From positions 2,314,131-2,378,130 of the forward strand of contig NC_134033.1 in assembly GCF_964204645.1 (NCBI RefSeq): DNA of 64,000 nt, written 5' to 3'. The position numbers and the translations under genes were made by a program. The DNA comes from Tubulanus polymorphus (taxonomy: Eukaryota > Animalia > Nemertea). The notes below the pieces were generated by a model. The model was not told where the DNA came from. It made no database searches and saw only the letters and a list, made by a program, of their open reading frames with translations. Below, piece after piece: positions 63,097 through 64,000 of the stretch. Each line of letters begins with the position of its first letter. The stretch's first letter is position 1.

Positions 63097-64000
63097 ATGT
63101 TCGATAACATCTCTCGTTCTGTTACGACTGGGAGCGGCCCAACGTTGAAGCTAAACTTGTGTCAGAAAGGCCTAACTTACCCGGTTAAAACCAGATATGA
63201 ATTCAATATTATAATGTATTTGGGATGTTATCTACCGGCGTCTCTACTGGGTTTAATATTCAATGCATTCACGTTGTTAGTTCTAAAACAATTTAAATCT
63301 GATGTTTATTTTCTCATCAAAATTCTCGCTTTAAACGATCTGTTGTTTATGATCGCTACATTCATTCTTTATCCGCTGAGAACTGCGTACATCTACGCCG
63401 TTTTGGGTGATTTGTTATTTCGCGTAGATGACTGGAGTTTCGGGTTGATCTTTATTTCAATTTCTTTGCCGTTTTTCTATGTATTTCAGATGACACGTAA
63501 CTGGTGCACTGTACTGCTCAGTCTAGAGCGGTTAATCGTCGTATTGTTTCCAATAAAATCTCGCAAAATCCCCAAACGGTTGATCTCCAAATATGCGATG
63601 ATGTTTATTTCATTGGTTGCATTTTCTGGACATTTATGTCAGTTTATACCCAGACGACATATCGGATTCATAAACTGTCCAGACCATTGGCCATACATTA
63701 TGCATCGTACCACCATGATCTGGAAGTCTGCTGCTTTTAATTTCTGGCTTTTCAGGATTTCTGAGTGGATTATCTTTATGTACCTTACTGCCGCGTTTCC
63801 GCTGTGCTTTTTAGCATTTATCAATTTAATTCTTATTTCGGTGATATTCTACCGTCGGGTTACTCGACGTTCGAAGCTCGGTGTTACTGACGAATCGTCT
63901 AGAAGGGAAATGAGGGTTTTAAGGATGGTTTTATCGGTAGTTTTATTGTTTATTATTTGTGAAGGTTTCGGTTTTCTCGATCGGTTAGACGCCATGTTTC
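63097..64000 (+). CDS. Intronless class A GPCR, truncated by the window end (an upstream in-frame ATG exists at 62992)
   Basis: Manual translation MFDNIS...GLIFNAFTLLVL...ILALNDLLF...RNWCTVLLSLERLIVVLFPIKS...; open to 64000. Confidence 0.85.
   Translation, partial: MFDNISRSVTTGSGPTLKLNLCQKGLTYPVKTRYEFNIIMYLGCYLPASLLGLIFNAFTLLVLKQFKSDVYFLIKILALNDLLFMIATFILYPLRTAYIYAVLGDLLFRVDDWSFGLIFISISLPFFYVFQMTRNWCTVLLSLERLIVVLFPIKSRKIPKRLISKYAMMFISLVAFSGHLCQFIPRRHIGFINCPDHWPYIMHRTTMIWKSAAFNFWLFRISEWIIFMYLTAAFPLCFLAFINLILISVIFYRRVTRRSKLGVTDESSRREMRVLRMVLSVVLLFIICEGFGFLDRLDAMF

Overview
Eukaryotic (invertebrate metazoan, probably lophotrochozoan; taxon is an inference) genomic DNA with spliceosomal introns. 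Left 29 kb: one minus-strand C2H2 zinc-finger locus in which a short constant region (exons at ~27051-27134, 26225-26365, 24815-25357, ending in a phase-1 donor) is followed by ten candidate alternative terminal exons. Each has its own phase-1 acceptor, 2-10 fingers and its own stop codon. This is a lola/mod(mdg4)/broad-like architecture, but no BTB domain is recognisable. Also present: the first exon of an AADAC/NCEH1-family esterase at the left edge; a tandem cluster of intronless rhodopsin-family GPCRs with two identical tRNA-Arg(CCT) genes (29.7-42 kb); a recent ~6 kb tandem duplication carrying a candidate small secreted peptide precursor (43-55 kb); a 7-exon DCN1 (DCUN1D1/2) gene (55.7-62.4 kb); and a partial GPCR at the right edge. 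MITEs, tRNA-derived SINEs and minisatellites are scattered throughout. All gene models were derived by hand from splice signals and reading frame and have no transcript support.
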